From Schizochytrium sp. TIO01 (lineage: Eukaryota > Protista > Bigyra: Labyrinthulomycetes): a stretch of DNA of 64,000 nt. The stretch is taken from NCBI GenBank assembly GCA_004764695.1, contig SMSO01000007.1, forward strand, positions 2,239,270-2,303,269, in the 5' to 3' direction. The position numbers and the translations under genes were made by a program. Positions within the stretch are counted from its first letter, which is position 1. Each line of letters starts with the position of its first letter. Below are positions 50,589 to 62,800 of the stretch, piece by piece. The notes under the pieces are model-generated. The model was not told where the DNA came from and made no database searches. It was given only the letters and a program-made list of their open reading frames with translations.

Positions 50589-51146
50589 ATGATCATCACA
50601 ATCAATATCGGCTTTGGCTTTGTTGCCGGGACTGTCCTCACCATTATCTTCATGATATCGTGGATCCGCACGGTTATCAATCGCGAAAAGGTTTACAAGT
50701 ATAGCAATGAGGTTGAAAGTATGATTGTCCGTAGAGCAGGCAAGTTTGCGGTCAGTATGCTCGAACAACCCGAAGTCCATGAGACACTCACGAATCTTAT
50801 TGCAGGAGGTATCAACGCCTGGCTCGTTAATCCCGAGGCCCAAGCACATATCGAGCATCTTATTGCTGGCGCTCCACAGAAAGAGGTCGCCCATGAATTT
50901 GGAAGGAAATTACCGTCACTAGCAACAAGCTTCACGAAGGGGATCTTTGATGGTGTGGTGAATTATAGATCTGTAAGCCAACGGAGTACAAATCTAGCTC
51001 AAGATGCCACTAAGGCCCCTCCTGAGGCCGTTCTTGCCACCTCTGCTACGGTTGTAACAGCTGAGCCCATTCCTGCCATGAAGAAAACAAAAATAGCTGT
51101 TGAACCAGTGACATCAGCCAAGGCCACTGCCACCGTTGTTAAATAA
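50589..51146 (+). CDS. Hypothetical single-pass membrane protein, ~185 aa (paralogue of 45002..45979)
   Basis: ATG in CAAAATG context. N-terminal hydrophobic segment GFGFVAGTVLTIIFMISWI, shared PEVH...GINxWL..PE.Q.H...AP..EVA...GR..P.L..SF..G domain, and an Ala/Thr/Lys-rich tail. Confidence 0.85.
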   Translation: MIITINIGFGFVAGTVLTIIFMISWIRTVINREKVYKYSNEVESMIVRRAGKFAVSMLEQPEVHETLTNLIAGGINAWLVNPEAQAHIEHLIAGAPQKEVAHEFGRKLPSLATSFTKGIFDGVVNYRSVSQRSTNLAQDATKAPPEAVLATSATVVTAEPIPAMKKTKIAVEPVTSAKATATVVK

Positions 51147-53722
51147 TTTTTCTTCGTGAGTCAATTGTTCTGTGTAAAAACCAGCAGTAGGGATCGATGT
51201 ATGTATTACACTATCTCTTTGAACGTTACCTTTCCATGATTACACCTGATTCTCCCCCTGTAAATCAAGAACAGCACATATGCATTTCTGACTGTCTGTC
51301 TCTTTGTCTGAATAACACTCAACTGATGATAGAGTCGTGGTGGTTGATTTCATTTTGCTCTACATCTTTGTCGCTTTATAACTTGGAGAATAAGCTGCCT
51401 CAACTAGCAAGAATATTGAACACTTGTTGCGCCCACTTCTTGATATATATCCAAGCTCGCATGACATAGTTGCTCGTGCACCATTTTACTTCTCCTCCCA
51501 GAAGTCAACCAAAATGAGCTTACGGGAATATATCCATCAGGAATCTAGCTAATAACATGGTCTTCTATTTCTGCCTTTACTTCACTTCAGAGCAATCAAA
51601 TTCGATCTTTGTTAAGTATCAGCACAGTTTTTAAAACAAAATTTGGAGATTTGAGCACAGCAAGTTTAGTCCCAGATATGTAAGTACGAAGAAATATCAA
51701 TCGATTGAAAATTCTCCCTTTCTAAATCTTTTGTTTTCTAAGTGTAGGACTCCCTTCCAAACTAGATTTCGAACACATTTCACCCAGTTGAGAGCGGAAC
51801 TGAAGAAGTCTAATCCATGAGAAGACCTAATAGCACTCTTTCTTTGTCGAATTTGTTTCCACAATATCCAGTTAATGCTGTGTTGCCGTATGAGTCCAAT
51901 AATTCCTTCACCTTATTTCTAATGTCACATCCTATACCCGCTAATACATACTATATATCTCTAGAGGTTGCGGAAAAAACATCCTCTTCAGTCTGCATTG
52001 CGCACGGAGGCTGCCCTTGTAGGCCCTGCCTTTACTCGCTCCCCTCTACTACTCACTGCCTCTTATCCAGACCTTGTCAAGCTACTGCTGCGGCTATAGT
52101 TTTTACTAATACCCTCAAAGGCTTGCATCTCTTTCCTCGGTAGCATCTGCTTTTCTTTTAATCTCAATTGTACACTATGACTTTGTCTCTCTAGCAACCC
52201 TTCCCAGTGGCATTGAGAGGCAGTGTTACATCCTACATAAGCCTATTCCTATGATACCTACCTCCCCCATCAATACACTAGGCAGAATTAGGAATGCATG
52301 GTAGTGTCTTCTTAAGCTTGCGATAACACCAGCTTTCTGTTGCAAATTTCTCTGCCTGCTCTTCAAGATTTGCCCAGGATTTTTCTCCCCTCGATGAGAA
52401 TAGGTAGCTCGGTATATAACTGACTCTTCAGTCTTCGTCTCCTTGTGTTTCGTTGTCCCTAAGCTGCCTAGAAGGTAGGAATTCCTGTCTGCCTTTAATC
52501 AAGTTTCATGGGTTTCCTGAGTGCTTCGAAGTTGAACAGTGCTCATTCTGCTTTTAAACCTCTGCTTGTCTCTGCTAGTGTGTGCATAGGATACTCTTAC
52601 CTCTGACTGCCGCTGTTCTTCTACGTTCCTTAGGCCTAACTCCACCTACTGGCTGCGGCTACTGCTATCGGTGGTCCCTGGTTTCAAGTCTTTTCTGTCT
52701 ACTATTTTGGCTACTGTTTGTGCGCGGGTGGGTTGGAGTAATCATACACGGTGAATGAGTCGTGTTCGTTCATTCTGTAGAGATCCCCTTTGTTGGCCGA
52801 AGTGCAGTACAGGCAAATATATCGAAGACTCGCTGCGGAGCGGCACATTATAGAATGCAAGGCTGGAATTGCTGTAGATGACTGCTCTTCACTATTTGTC
52901 CAATCATTTTGTCTTACTCAACATTGCATATCGTAGTTAAATTAAAACACACTGCCAACTAAAGTTTTTTTGTTGGCTTTTTATAAAAACATACAATGCT
53001 GACCTTAAACTTTAAATAAACAACTAAACAAATAAATAATATAAATAAATGAAGAAATAGGCTAAAGAAACAAATCAGGTGAATACAAATCGTCGAATAA
53101 ATAAGTCAATCTACTTACTAGCACTACTACTACTAGTAGTAGTAGTAGTAGCAGTAGTAGTATTAGTGATAGAAGTAGTACTAGTACTGCGCCTGCTACT
53201 GCTACTGCAGCTAGTCCTGCAGCTAGTCCTCCTACTAGCTGTCATACTAGTGTTCTGCTTTCTATGATGTTAGTGCTTTGTACCAACGCTACTGCTCGTT
53301 TACTCCTTTTCTGATTAGTCTCTATTGTTTCTCTCTCGTTGTCTATTTCTCTCTCTGCTTGCCCCTGTCTATTATGCTTATTGGCTTTCCCTGTTGTCAA
53401 TCTGTCATCGTCACTGGTTTTCGATGTAGTTTTACTTGACACAGTACCTGTTTAGTTTATTGAGGGCAGAGTATATCATAGCCACTCCTATGCATATGAT
53501 AGTATGATAGACCCCTTATTATGTATTGTTATTTCTGTTTGTCTATGATCGATTGATGTTCATTGCACTCATAGAGATATAGGGAGATAGAGAAAGAGGA
53601 GGGCATCGCAGTAGTCCTTCCTTTCGCTCCTCGCCCCGCTCCTTGTCGCTGTCTCGCGTCCCACCGCAGAGGACGCAGCCACTTCAGCAGAGCCGCTCGT
53701 ACACAACACACACAGAGAGACA

Positions 53723-55355
53723 ATGCTCGCGCAGACCGTGCGCTCTGCCGCAGCCCGCATGGGCGCCATGGGCAAGGCGGCGCCCGCCAAGATGACCGTG
53801 CGCGGCATGGCCGGCGCTAGCTCGCAGCACCGCCCGACTGACGTCAACCAGCAGGATGGATTCTTCGACTTTACCCCGGAGAACTACCAGCGTGTGGCCA
53901 CCATTCTCGCCAAGGTAAGTGCGCTTTGTTCGCTTGCTCCTGGACCAGGCATCTAGGCATGCAATCTGATTACTATGCTTTTATGTTCATATGTTCGAAC
54001 TCCGACCATCGTGGAAAACCTCAAATCCAAAAACCTACACTTTCAAACGGGACGTACATGAAAGGGAGATTCAAATTTGTATGCACTCATGCAGAGGTGG
54101 AGAAGAGCAGGTTGTCATCGTTGATCGATTGAATGCATGGCGTATCCATTATCGCGATGGTTTACTTCATCTTTTCTTGCTTGCGTATTTGAGATATATT
54201 TCCATTGTGGATTTTGTTGTTCTCCTCCTTTTTTACACCATCGTACCGCTGAGGCTGTTCGCTCATATTCGCTCTTAACATCTTGTCACCACCTACTATT
54301 CGCTGAGGGAGAGACTCATCCTATTACTTTTAAGTCATCTCACTCGTTGACTCAACCTGTAAACGCTACTCTCCATGCGAGGCGTAACGAGGTATGGGAA
54401 AAGCATCTCAAATCCTTGCAAAGATTACCTACGGGGCCACAGAGCTATGGTGCCTCTAGAAATTATTTGAACTAGGTTACCTGAAGTTTGAGGAGACAAG
54501 AAATGACGGGATAAGCGTTTCAAATTAAGAAACGTCTTGCCTGCTTCTGAATGTGATCAGTGATTAGAAGGAGAAGGAAGGAGAAAGAAACGAACACGAA
54601 TATGTTATGTAATGTTGTATGGTACATGGTTTATCAGAAGTTGACAGTCCAACTAACGCTCTTTTGTTTTGTTTACTTCTTTTCTGTTTTGTGTTGGCGT
54701 ATTGCTCCCCATATATTACATTCGCATTCACTTTTATTACACTCAACAGTACCCTAGCAACTACAAGCAGTCCGCATGCATTCCCCTCCTCGACCTTGCA
54801 CAGAGGCAGAACAACAACTTTCTCCCTGTCGCCGCCATGAACAAAGTAGCAGAGATCCTCGGCTGCAGCCCCATGCGCGTCTACGAGGTTGCCACTTTCT
54901 ACACTATGTTCAACCGTGAGCCCGTTGGCAAGTACTTCATTCAGCTTTGCGGTACCACCCCTTGCATGGCCTGCGGTGCTGGTGAGATCAAGAAGACCAT
55001 CACGGATCACCTTGGTATCAAGAACGGTGAGACCACCAAGGACGGCAAGTTTACCCTCCTTGAGGTGGAGTGCCTCGGTGCCTGCGTCAACGCCCCCATG
55101 GTTCAGATCAACGATGACTTTTATGAAATGCTCACCCCGGAGACCACTGTTGAGCTCTTGGAGGCCTGCAAAAAGGACCAGCCCCCTCCCATGACAAAGT
55201 GGGGCAGTCTCCCCATGAACGGCCAGCTCAGTTGTGAAGGCCCTCTCGGAAAGACCTCTTTGAAGGAGCCCTTCCCTGGCATTGAGAAGTTCATGCGCAA
55301 GGATCTCGAGAAGAAGGTTGACCCTGCCTCCATCAAGGAGGCCATGCATTACTAG
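53723..55355 (+). CDS. NDUFV2: NADH:ubiquinone oxidoreductase 24-kDa subunit, mitochondrial, ~265 aa, 2 exons
   Basis: Exon 1 53723-53914 (Arg/Ala-rich targeting peptide, FDFTPEN..ILAK, donor GTAAGT), intron 53915-54749, exon 2 54750-55355 ([32 protein letters not shown], 2Fe-2S ligands CGTTPC and [11 protein letters not shown]). Confidence 0.97.
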
Positions 55356-55703
55356 ATCCCATCTGTCCTGTCAAACACGGAAGAGTTCTCTTTTTGTTTT
55401 CCCTTTTCTTATTTTCTCATTTTTCTCTTGCACCTTGCTTCTGAACCCGAAAGTATGGGCTCTATATTCTCACCTTGCTGGGTCATCACTTCATTCTCCT
55501 ATAGAACATGGTGCATGGCTACTTAATTTAACAATACAAAAAAAAATGCAATCCTTTCAAAGCTTGTGCTTGCAATAAGGTTTCCTAAAGCCCTCGTTCA
55601 ATCCAGCTTTTTTGAAAGATTAGTTTACTAAATTTACATTAGTCAATACTGCCAAGGCTCGATAATCACTAGAGAGTATTTTACGCAAGTATGCAACTTC
55701 TTT

Positions 55704-56567
55704 CTAGTCATCAGGTGTAAAACCCCACTCAATTTCATCAATAGCCTGCGCAGCGAGCTTATTTGACGGAGGGAAGAGCTTACGCCGACGCCATTTTTGA
55801 AGCATAATGGCGGCTTTCTTACGCTTGTGATCAAGTGCAACGTCCAAAGCGGTTTGACCAGTACTGGAAACTTTGGCATAATCTGTTCCCGCTTTGAGTA
55901 AACTTAGAATACTATCAGTATCACCTGACTTGGCGGCATAATGTAGTGCCGTCCACTTCTCCAACTTATCTCTGTGACTCGGTGTTGCTGCAAATTCAAG
56001 CAAGAGATCAATCACATCAGAATCACCAACTTCAGCTGCTCTCATAAGGGGCCGAATATGGAAACGATCTCGAGCATCTGAGTCAGCCCCTGCCTCGAGC
56101 AACAGTTCAACGCATTCGAAATTCCCTGCACCACAGGCATAGTGTAAAGGTTGGCACCCAAAGCGATCCCGTACGTCTGTCCTTGCCCCTCGATTCAACA
56201 ATAGATTCACAAGCCGCTCATTCCCTTGCTCGCTTGCAATGGCAAGAGCAGTTTTTCCATCAAGCTCGTGCTGGCAATCGATTGCTCCAGGCACCTCACC
56301 ATACTTGAGAAGCCAGGTACGGCAAGCGTAGTAGTCATGTTGCACAGCGCTAAAAATAAAGCTACGTTTCGCGCTAAATGAAGGTTCTCCAAAATCTCCA
56401 CTTAGATAAACTCGAACATAATCCACGCACTTCTGCGCAGTCTTTTTGATATCAAATTTTGTACGCTCTACCAATCCTGCCCATTCTTTTCGTGTACGCG
56501 TATCCCGACGCCGCCAATCCTCAAGTACTTCATCTTTGTATTCCTTTCCAAGTCTCAGGGTATCCAT
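55704..56567 (-). CDS. Ankyrin-repeat protein, 287 aa
   Basis: Four to five ankyrin repeats (GKTALAIAS, GCQPLHYAC, HIRPLMRAA, KWTALHYAA, GQTALDVA). Convergent with NDUFV2. Confidence 0.9.
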   Translation of the reverse strand: MDTLRLGKEYKDEVLEDWRRRDTRTRKEWAGLVERTKFDIKKTAQKCVDYVRVYLSGDFGEPSFSAKRSFIFSAVQHDYYACRTWLLKYGEVPGAIDCQHELDGKTALAIASEQGNERLVNLLLNRGARTDVRDRFGCQPLHYACGAGNFECVELLLEAGADSDARDRFHIRPLMRAAEVGDSDVIDLLLEFAATPSHRDKLEKWTALHYAAKSGDTDSILSLLKAGTDYAKVSSTGQTALDVALDHKRKKAAIMLQKWRRRKLFPPSNKLAAQAIDEIEWGFTPDD

Positions 56568-59500
56568 ACCAGACGTTGACCTTCAACCTGGGCTGTGCCA
56601 CATCCACTAACGTTTTTGCCAACTTATGGAGCAGTTAGTACTTTGTTTTGTTGCGAATAGAATGACGTTTACTCTACAAGCTAACCCAGATGATAACGAT
56701 GGTCATACATGCAAGAACCACCTCTTTTTCATTAGTAAGTTCAACTTAAAGCGTTCTCAGGCTCAGAACTATGAGTTCAGGAGTACACACCTATGAAACA
56801 TTATATGGTTTTATCTACTCAATGAAAAAATAGGCCTACAAAAATAATTGCCACCTGCACTGAGATATTCCAATTTTAATATAAATATTGAGCTAGCACA
56901 ATAATACCTCTAGCCGGAAACCCATCCATATGCTGCTAGCGATCAAACAGGGGTATCATATTCTTTGCGATGACAACTGACTGGGCGCAGATTGACCGAA
57001 GGTAAATTCATGATCGGCAGGTTCTTGTTTCCTTACTGTTACCCTAAACATCAAACTCAAATTCACCCAACTTCAAAAGGACCTTCCTTTGTTTTCACCT
57101 GATTGAAAGTCACAGCTGATATTGTACATTTTGTTGTTGCTCTGTGCAATGTGTGAACAATATATAACGGATATGTTTTTATTTGCTCTATTTTGACTCT
57201 TGTAATCGCAAAGGATGACTTGCCAAACCCCTGCGACCGTCCCAAAGGGCTCAGCTGCACAAAGTATGGCATCAGTTTAAAAGACAGCATATCTAGCTGC
57301 TTGACCCATATTGCATCGACAGCCCATCTAGTCGTCCGGTGAGGGAAATTTGACTGTAAATTGAAGGGTACATGTCTGTCTACTGTTCAATATTGTAAGG
57401 AATTTTATCCATCTTTTGTTATAACAAGCAAAGATAGCTTCGAGCATTGCCTTATTTTGGGAACCCTACTATAAATTCAATAATACCGCTCCTCCTTGAC
57501 ACGCTAAAGCAAATGCCTTTCGAAAATAGTTCACTTCTCTCACAAATGTCGTAACTCAATAGTACTGTTTGAAAAAACATGAACTCAAAAGTCATTGACA
57601 TTTCCTCTTTGTCATAGTTTACCTCGCCGTTGATCCGTGCGACATATTCCGAGCTGTAGTGATCATGACGTGCCTCGACTGGCGAACGACAAATTCACTG
57701 TAACAGAAAATATAATTGTAGAACTAGTTAAGCTAGAGTCTGAAGACGGCATCTTGCTTCTCAGCTTTGCTTAATCTTATTTCATCTACTGTGGGTTTTG
57801 CATTACCGACCTCAGTGGGAGAACAATATTTCTCTCTTTTCTTTCAAGCATCTGAGATTTATTTATTTTTAACAAAGAAAAGCTAAGAGTTGTGGTCAAA
57901 CTCACTGACGCAGAAAACAAATTTACTTGCTACGACATGTAAGTAATATATAATCTGAAATTTAATAACAGGAGCACGTTCAGCAGTTACATTGCTTCGC
58001 TATCTAGGTCATCTTGATTGAACCACAAATAAAATAATATAATTAAGTAGAGTAGACAACAGGCAATACGAAACGCTTGTGGCCACCTTTGGGTTGTGTT
58101 CAGCACAAGCTCTCCTTTATTCCAGTGTCTTCTAATATATTTAGGTTTTCAGTTCTTTGATGGGAGGGTCTGCTTGATTATGCGATGTAACAGTAGACAT
58201 GATAGGCTTTCAAATATCATGACTGCACGTTACTCTGAATTCCTATCAAGCCTACGTTGCGTCATTATGCAAAAAACGCACCTGAGCACCTACCTGACTC
58301 TCACTTGTCAAAAGGCCCCGTTAACCTTTTGTCGGGGTGGAAACTCAAGTGAAGTAAGTGCATCTATCTCACGATGATGGAAATATCTTATAATCTCCTT
58401 TCATCTTTTCATAAACACCGCTAGCCTTTCCTCTACAACAAATTTTTAATTTCAATTATCTGGCAACATCGTCACTGGAAGACTCCTGACGACATCTTAC
58501 TCAGCGCTTGACCTCGGTAGCCAGCGGCTAGCTTTGGATTTGTCGTATAAAGCCGAACGATTTACCTTTTTTTGTTTGTTTTTTGGTTTTTCACGATCCA
58601 CTGCATGGTAGGTAGTACCTAGTGGGTTTCTAATAATTAGCGTGAGAATAGAAGGCAATTATTAGAAAGGCGATTGACCGCCTTTAGAGTTCGGGACTTG
58701 AAAATTGATCGCTTGCGTGTGAAACGTTGCTGAGTCCAAATACGACTTTCTCATATCAATTGTTTATCCCTGAGCAGGCAGACAACAGCGTTCGGTATCC
58801 TTAATGGGCATGTCTTACGCATCAAGGCCGCTCGTGTCGTCACTCTTTCGGTTTAGTCCAACCAGAGACAGCGGAAAAATAAAACATAAAACATAGGCTC
58901 ATTCAAAATACTAATCTTTTCTTTTTCTCCTACCACCGGTACAATGCCATCTATTCAAATAATTCAACCCATGCAATTGGGATCCTCGACCTCTTAGGCT
59001 AGCCTGCGTTAGATAGAACATATTACTCTCAGGTTTCTGCAAGCAGTTTCATGCATTCAGTCTTAGTATTGAAAGCCAGGAAAATGCTTTGAAGAATTAA
59101 TAGACACTTGCTGAGAAAGTCTAAAAGTACAGCACCATAGTAGCTTTAAAATGATTTTTGCTCTTTTGTTTTATTCAGAAGAATAAGGAATAACTTCAAA
59201 TTGATTCAGCCACTCAGACGAATCAGAAATGTCCCGGTAGCTCGAATACATGAAAGTACGACGGCGAGGGGGTTAGTAAAGTCTTACAAAAAGCAAAGCC
59301 CAAGGCAGCCAGCATCATTGCATTTCAAGTTAGCCTGAGTTAAGTGAAGGTGCACGAAGCTGACGGACTACGATAGGCAGAAGACAAAAGGCTGAGGTTA
59401 AGCAAGCTTGACATTGAATTCGTCATCGTAGCAAAGCAAGCAAGCATCCCATCCAAGGAGGGCCACAGAGCAGCGCTTACAAACTACGCATTGGCACATA

Positions 59501-59848
59501 GAACGCGAACAAGGTTGTAATTGCCCCTCACGCTAAGTTTGCAACTGCTTGCAATTCCCAAGCTTGCGATTAGTCGAGTTCGTAGTTGTGGTATTCGGTC
59601 ACATATACAGATAAGCATATTGTGGTCTCGGTAAACCTGCAATCTTACATTCCCTCTGGCGCGACTTGTCGCAGCGCACCTTCCCAGGTTACTTTTACTA
59701 GCTGGCTCATTGGAATCAGGATCATTGAAGCTGGATTGGCTACTTACATCGCCATCACTGTCTGAGCGTTTTCTTTACTCGTGTGGTCTTGGGAAAGCGC
59801 AGCTTCTCAGATTCTTTGTACATGCACCCAAGGTTTTGAATCGAGAGC

Positions 59849-62800
59849 ATGGCCTTGGTATGGATAAAAGATGCAGAACGAGTGTGGTCGCAAGCACAAT
59901 TGTATGATAGCAAACCAAAAGAGGCTCTTGAACCAACACAAACAAAGGATACAATTACTCAAGGAGAGGCGTGCGAGCAGCACCAGGTAAATGGCAAGAG
60001 TGCAAGTTATTCATGCTCTATTCTACCAAGACTCGATACAGGTGAAGCATCCGCACTTCAGAATAAAGAGCAAGATTTACCCATCCACAACAAAAATGAC
60101 ATTGATACTGTTTACCTTCCGTGCTCGGGAAGAGACGAATCACATCTTGATGATTTTACAAATTTACTTTACATTCACGAGGCTAGCATCCTCCACAATT
60201 TGGAGCAACGGTTCTTGAAAAAGCAACCATACACTTTTATCAGTCGTGTTTTACTTTCAGTAAATCCAATTACGGAGATTGACGAGCCAGTAGACCTTGT
60301 AGGATCACAAGATGCATTGAAACGTCCCCATCCATACAGTGTCGCAGAGCATGCATTTCAGCAGATGGAACGGGAATCCAGAAGTCAATGTGTGGTTGTC
60401 AGCGGTGAGTCTGGTTCAGGGAAAACAGAAACTAGCAAGCGAGTCATCCGTCACATTGTCATGCGCACAGGAAAATCATGTTTTGTTGATGAGCAGCTAT
60501 TGGCTGCTTCACCGATCTTAGAAGCTTTTGGGAACGCTCAAACTGTCAGCAATGGAAACTCGTCAAGATTTGGCAAATTTGTTAACTTATACTTTGACAA
60601 CAAAACCAACTCCTTTCGGCGTGCAGCCATCAAATCCTACCTTCTTGAAAGATCGCGTGTTGTGACATTCGATTACAACGAACGAAGTTTTCATATTTTC
60701 TATCAAATTCTCGCGGGCGCTGATGACGAGCTCCGCGCAGCACTGCTTCTAGACCAATATACTGGACCTTATTCCACAAATGTTCGTGAGTCTCGGGATA
60801 AAGTTGATTTCTTGCGCCTAGCTGAGAGCATGAAACTCTTTGGCATCAGCGCGGAAAAGTCCCAAGACGTTTTTGCAGTAGTTGCGGCAATTCTTCACCT
60901 CGCAGGAATCAATTTCATAAATACTGATTCTGCCGAAGGAAATATTGCACATATTGCACATTTCTCACGCCCATCTCTTCGCGCTGCAGCAATATTACTC
61001 GGAGTAGATGAGAACGAACTTTTGCGTCTAATATGTGAGAAAACCATGGTTTTACGTGGAGAGACAATGGTATCGCAGCGGACCGCAGAGGCAGCAACCC
61101 AAGCTCGCGATGCGCTAGCGAAGGCGTTGTACCAGCGTCTTTTTGACTGGATCTTAGGTCAGATTAATCATGTTCTGGGAAACCCACAAGCGTTAGGAGC
61201 CATAGAAAGAGGCAGTGTAGACAGATTTCAGCAGCAAGAAAAGGATCATGATCAAGCAACCAGTAGAACGGAAAATGGTATTCTTTCAACAGAAGAAACT
61301 TTCATAGGAATTCTTGACATTTTTGGCTTTGAATCCTTTGAGAAAAACAGTTTTGAACAGCTCCTGATTAACTTTGCGAACGAAGCCCTACAAACAATAT
61401 TTAACGAACAGCTATTTCAGGCGGAACTGGACCTTTATAGAGCCGAAAACCTTGATATTGGTGACATGAATAACCCACCGAATAACAAATGTGTGGACTG
61501 TCTTGCACTATTTCGCACTGTGCGTAAGTCTGACCTTCAGCAGGAGGAATGTCTGAATACACCTGGGGCACCTTCCCTTTCGCCGATTTCTGTACCTTCC
61601 CCCTCTGCCCTGCAGCCTTCGTGGTCTAATAGTGTAAACAGTGTCTCGACTAAAAGCGAACGTATTCCGGGACTTCTTGCCGCACTCAACACAATTTCTG
61701 TTGGACCCGAACCTACTGACAAAAAGCTCATCGCCTATCTGCACCGAAATTTCCAAGGACGTCCTTGTTATATTGACCCACATCCACGTCTTGCAGCATG
61801 TACGTTCATTATCGATCATTATGCAGGGCAAGTTTCGTATACAATCCATGGGTTTGTTGAAAAAAATTCTGATAGTCTACCACCAGAAGCGGACGCATTT
61901 TTTGCTGCACAGACAAATGGATCGAAGATCATCAAAAGTATGTTTGCATCAACAGGTAATGATGAAGAAACCCATGGGATGCCTAACCGTGCTTCTCTTC
62001 GGCAGAAAGTTTCTTCAAAGAAAAGTAAATCAATTGCAGCAACATTTGAAGAACAGATCCGTTCTCTCATGAATGTCATTGACGAAACGCAATGCTCTTT
62101 CGTACGCTGTATTAAGCCAAATGCTGCTCTCAACCCAGCTTGCGGTTTCGATCCAAAGTATGTGTCTCGACAGCTCAGTTGTCTGAGTATTCCACAGACC
62201 GCCCAACTTCTGCAAGCTGGACTCCCAGGTCGACTATCTTATTCTGTACTACACCAAACGTTTGGCCCTATGCTTCGAGCAGAATTGCCCGCTCAATTAC
62301 TGGAGCGTGTGACCAGCGATCCACTTTACGAGCAAATTGCTATCAAGTGTATACTTAGATCTCTCGGTGCCAATGACTCGCAGTGCAAATTTGGTAAAAC
62401 TCGGATTTTCTTTGCCAATGGTGTCCTTGCAATGCTTGATGCAAAATTCAAGGCGATAGAGGCAGGGACGGAAAGTATTCCCAATACCCTCGTAGTTGAT
62501 ATTGAAAGAGCCTGTGCTGTTCGTGCTGCCCGTAGCATCTTGATTAGGGTTGGTGCACTAAGACGCAGACGCCTCTGTCAACAACGTCGCACTGCACTAC
62601 AATCTCATGTTTCCACAGTCTTACAAGCACACGTGAGACGAAAACTTGCTCAAAGAGCCTTCGCACGCAAAATAAATGCTATTATCACTATCCAGCGCAT
62701 ATGGCGGACCCATGCAAAGGACGTAGCTTGTGCCACTAAAATTCAAGCATTTTTTCGGGGCAGAATTCAGCGCCAAAAGTTTATGTGCGTATGCCGTGCC

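Noticed and set aside
53079-53267. Highly hydrophobic 62-aa ORF resembling a membrane peptide
   Set aside because: The Leu/Val runs are translations of CTA/GTA trinucleotide repeats, and it has a GTG start.
54564-55349. 261-aa ORF antisense to NDUFV2 exon 2
   Set aside because: Shadow ORF expected from the strong codon bias of the sense gene.
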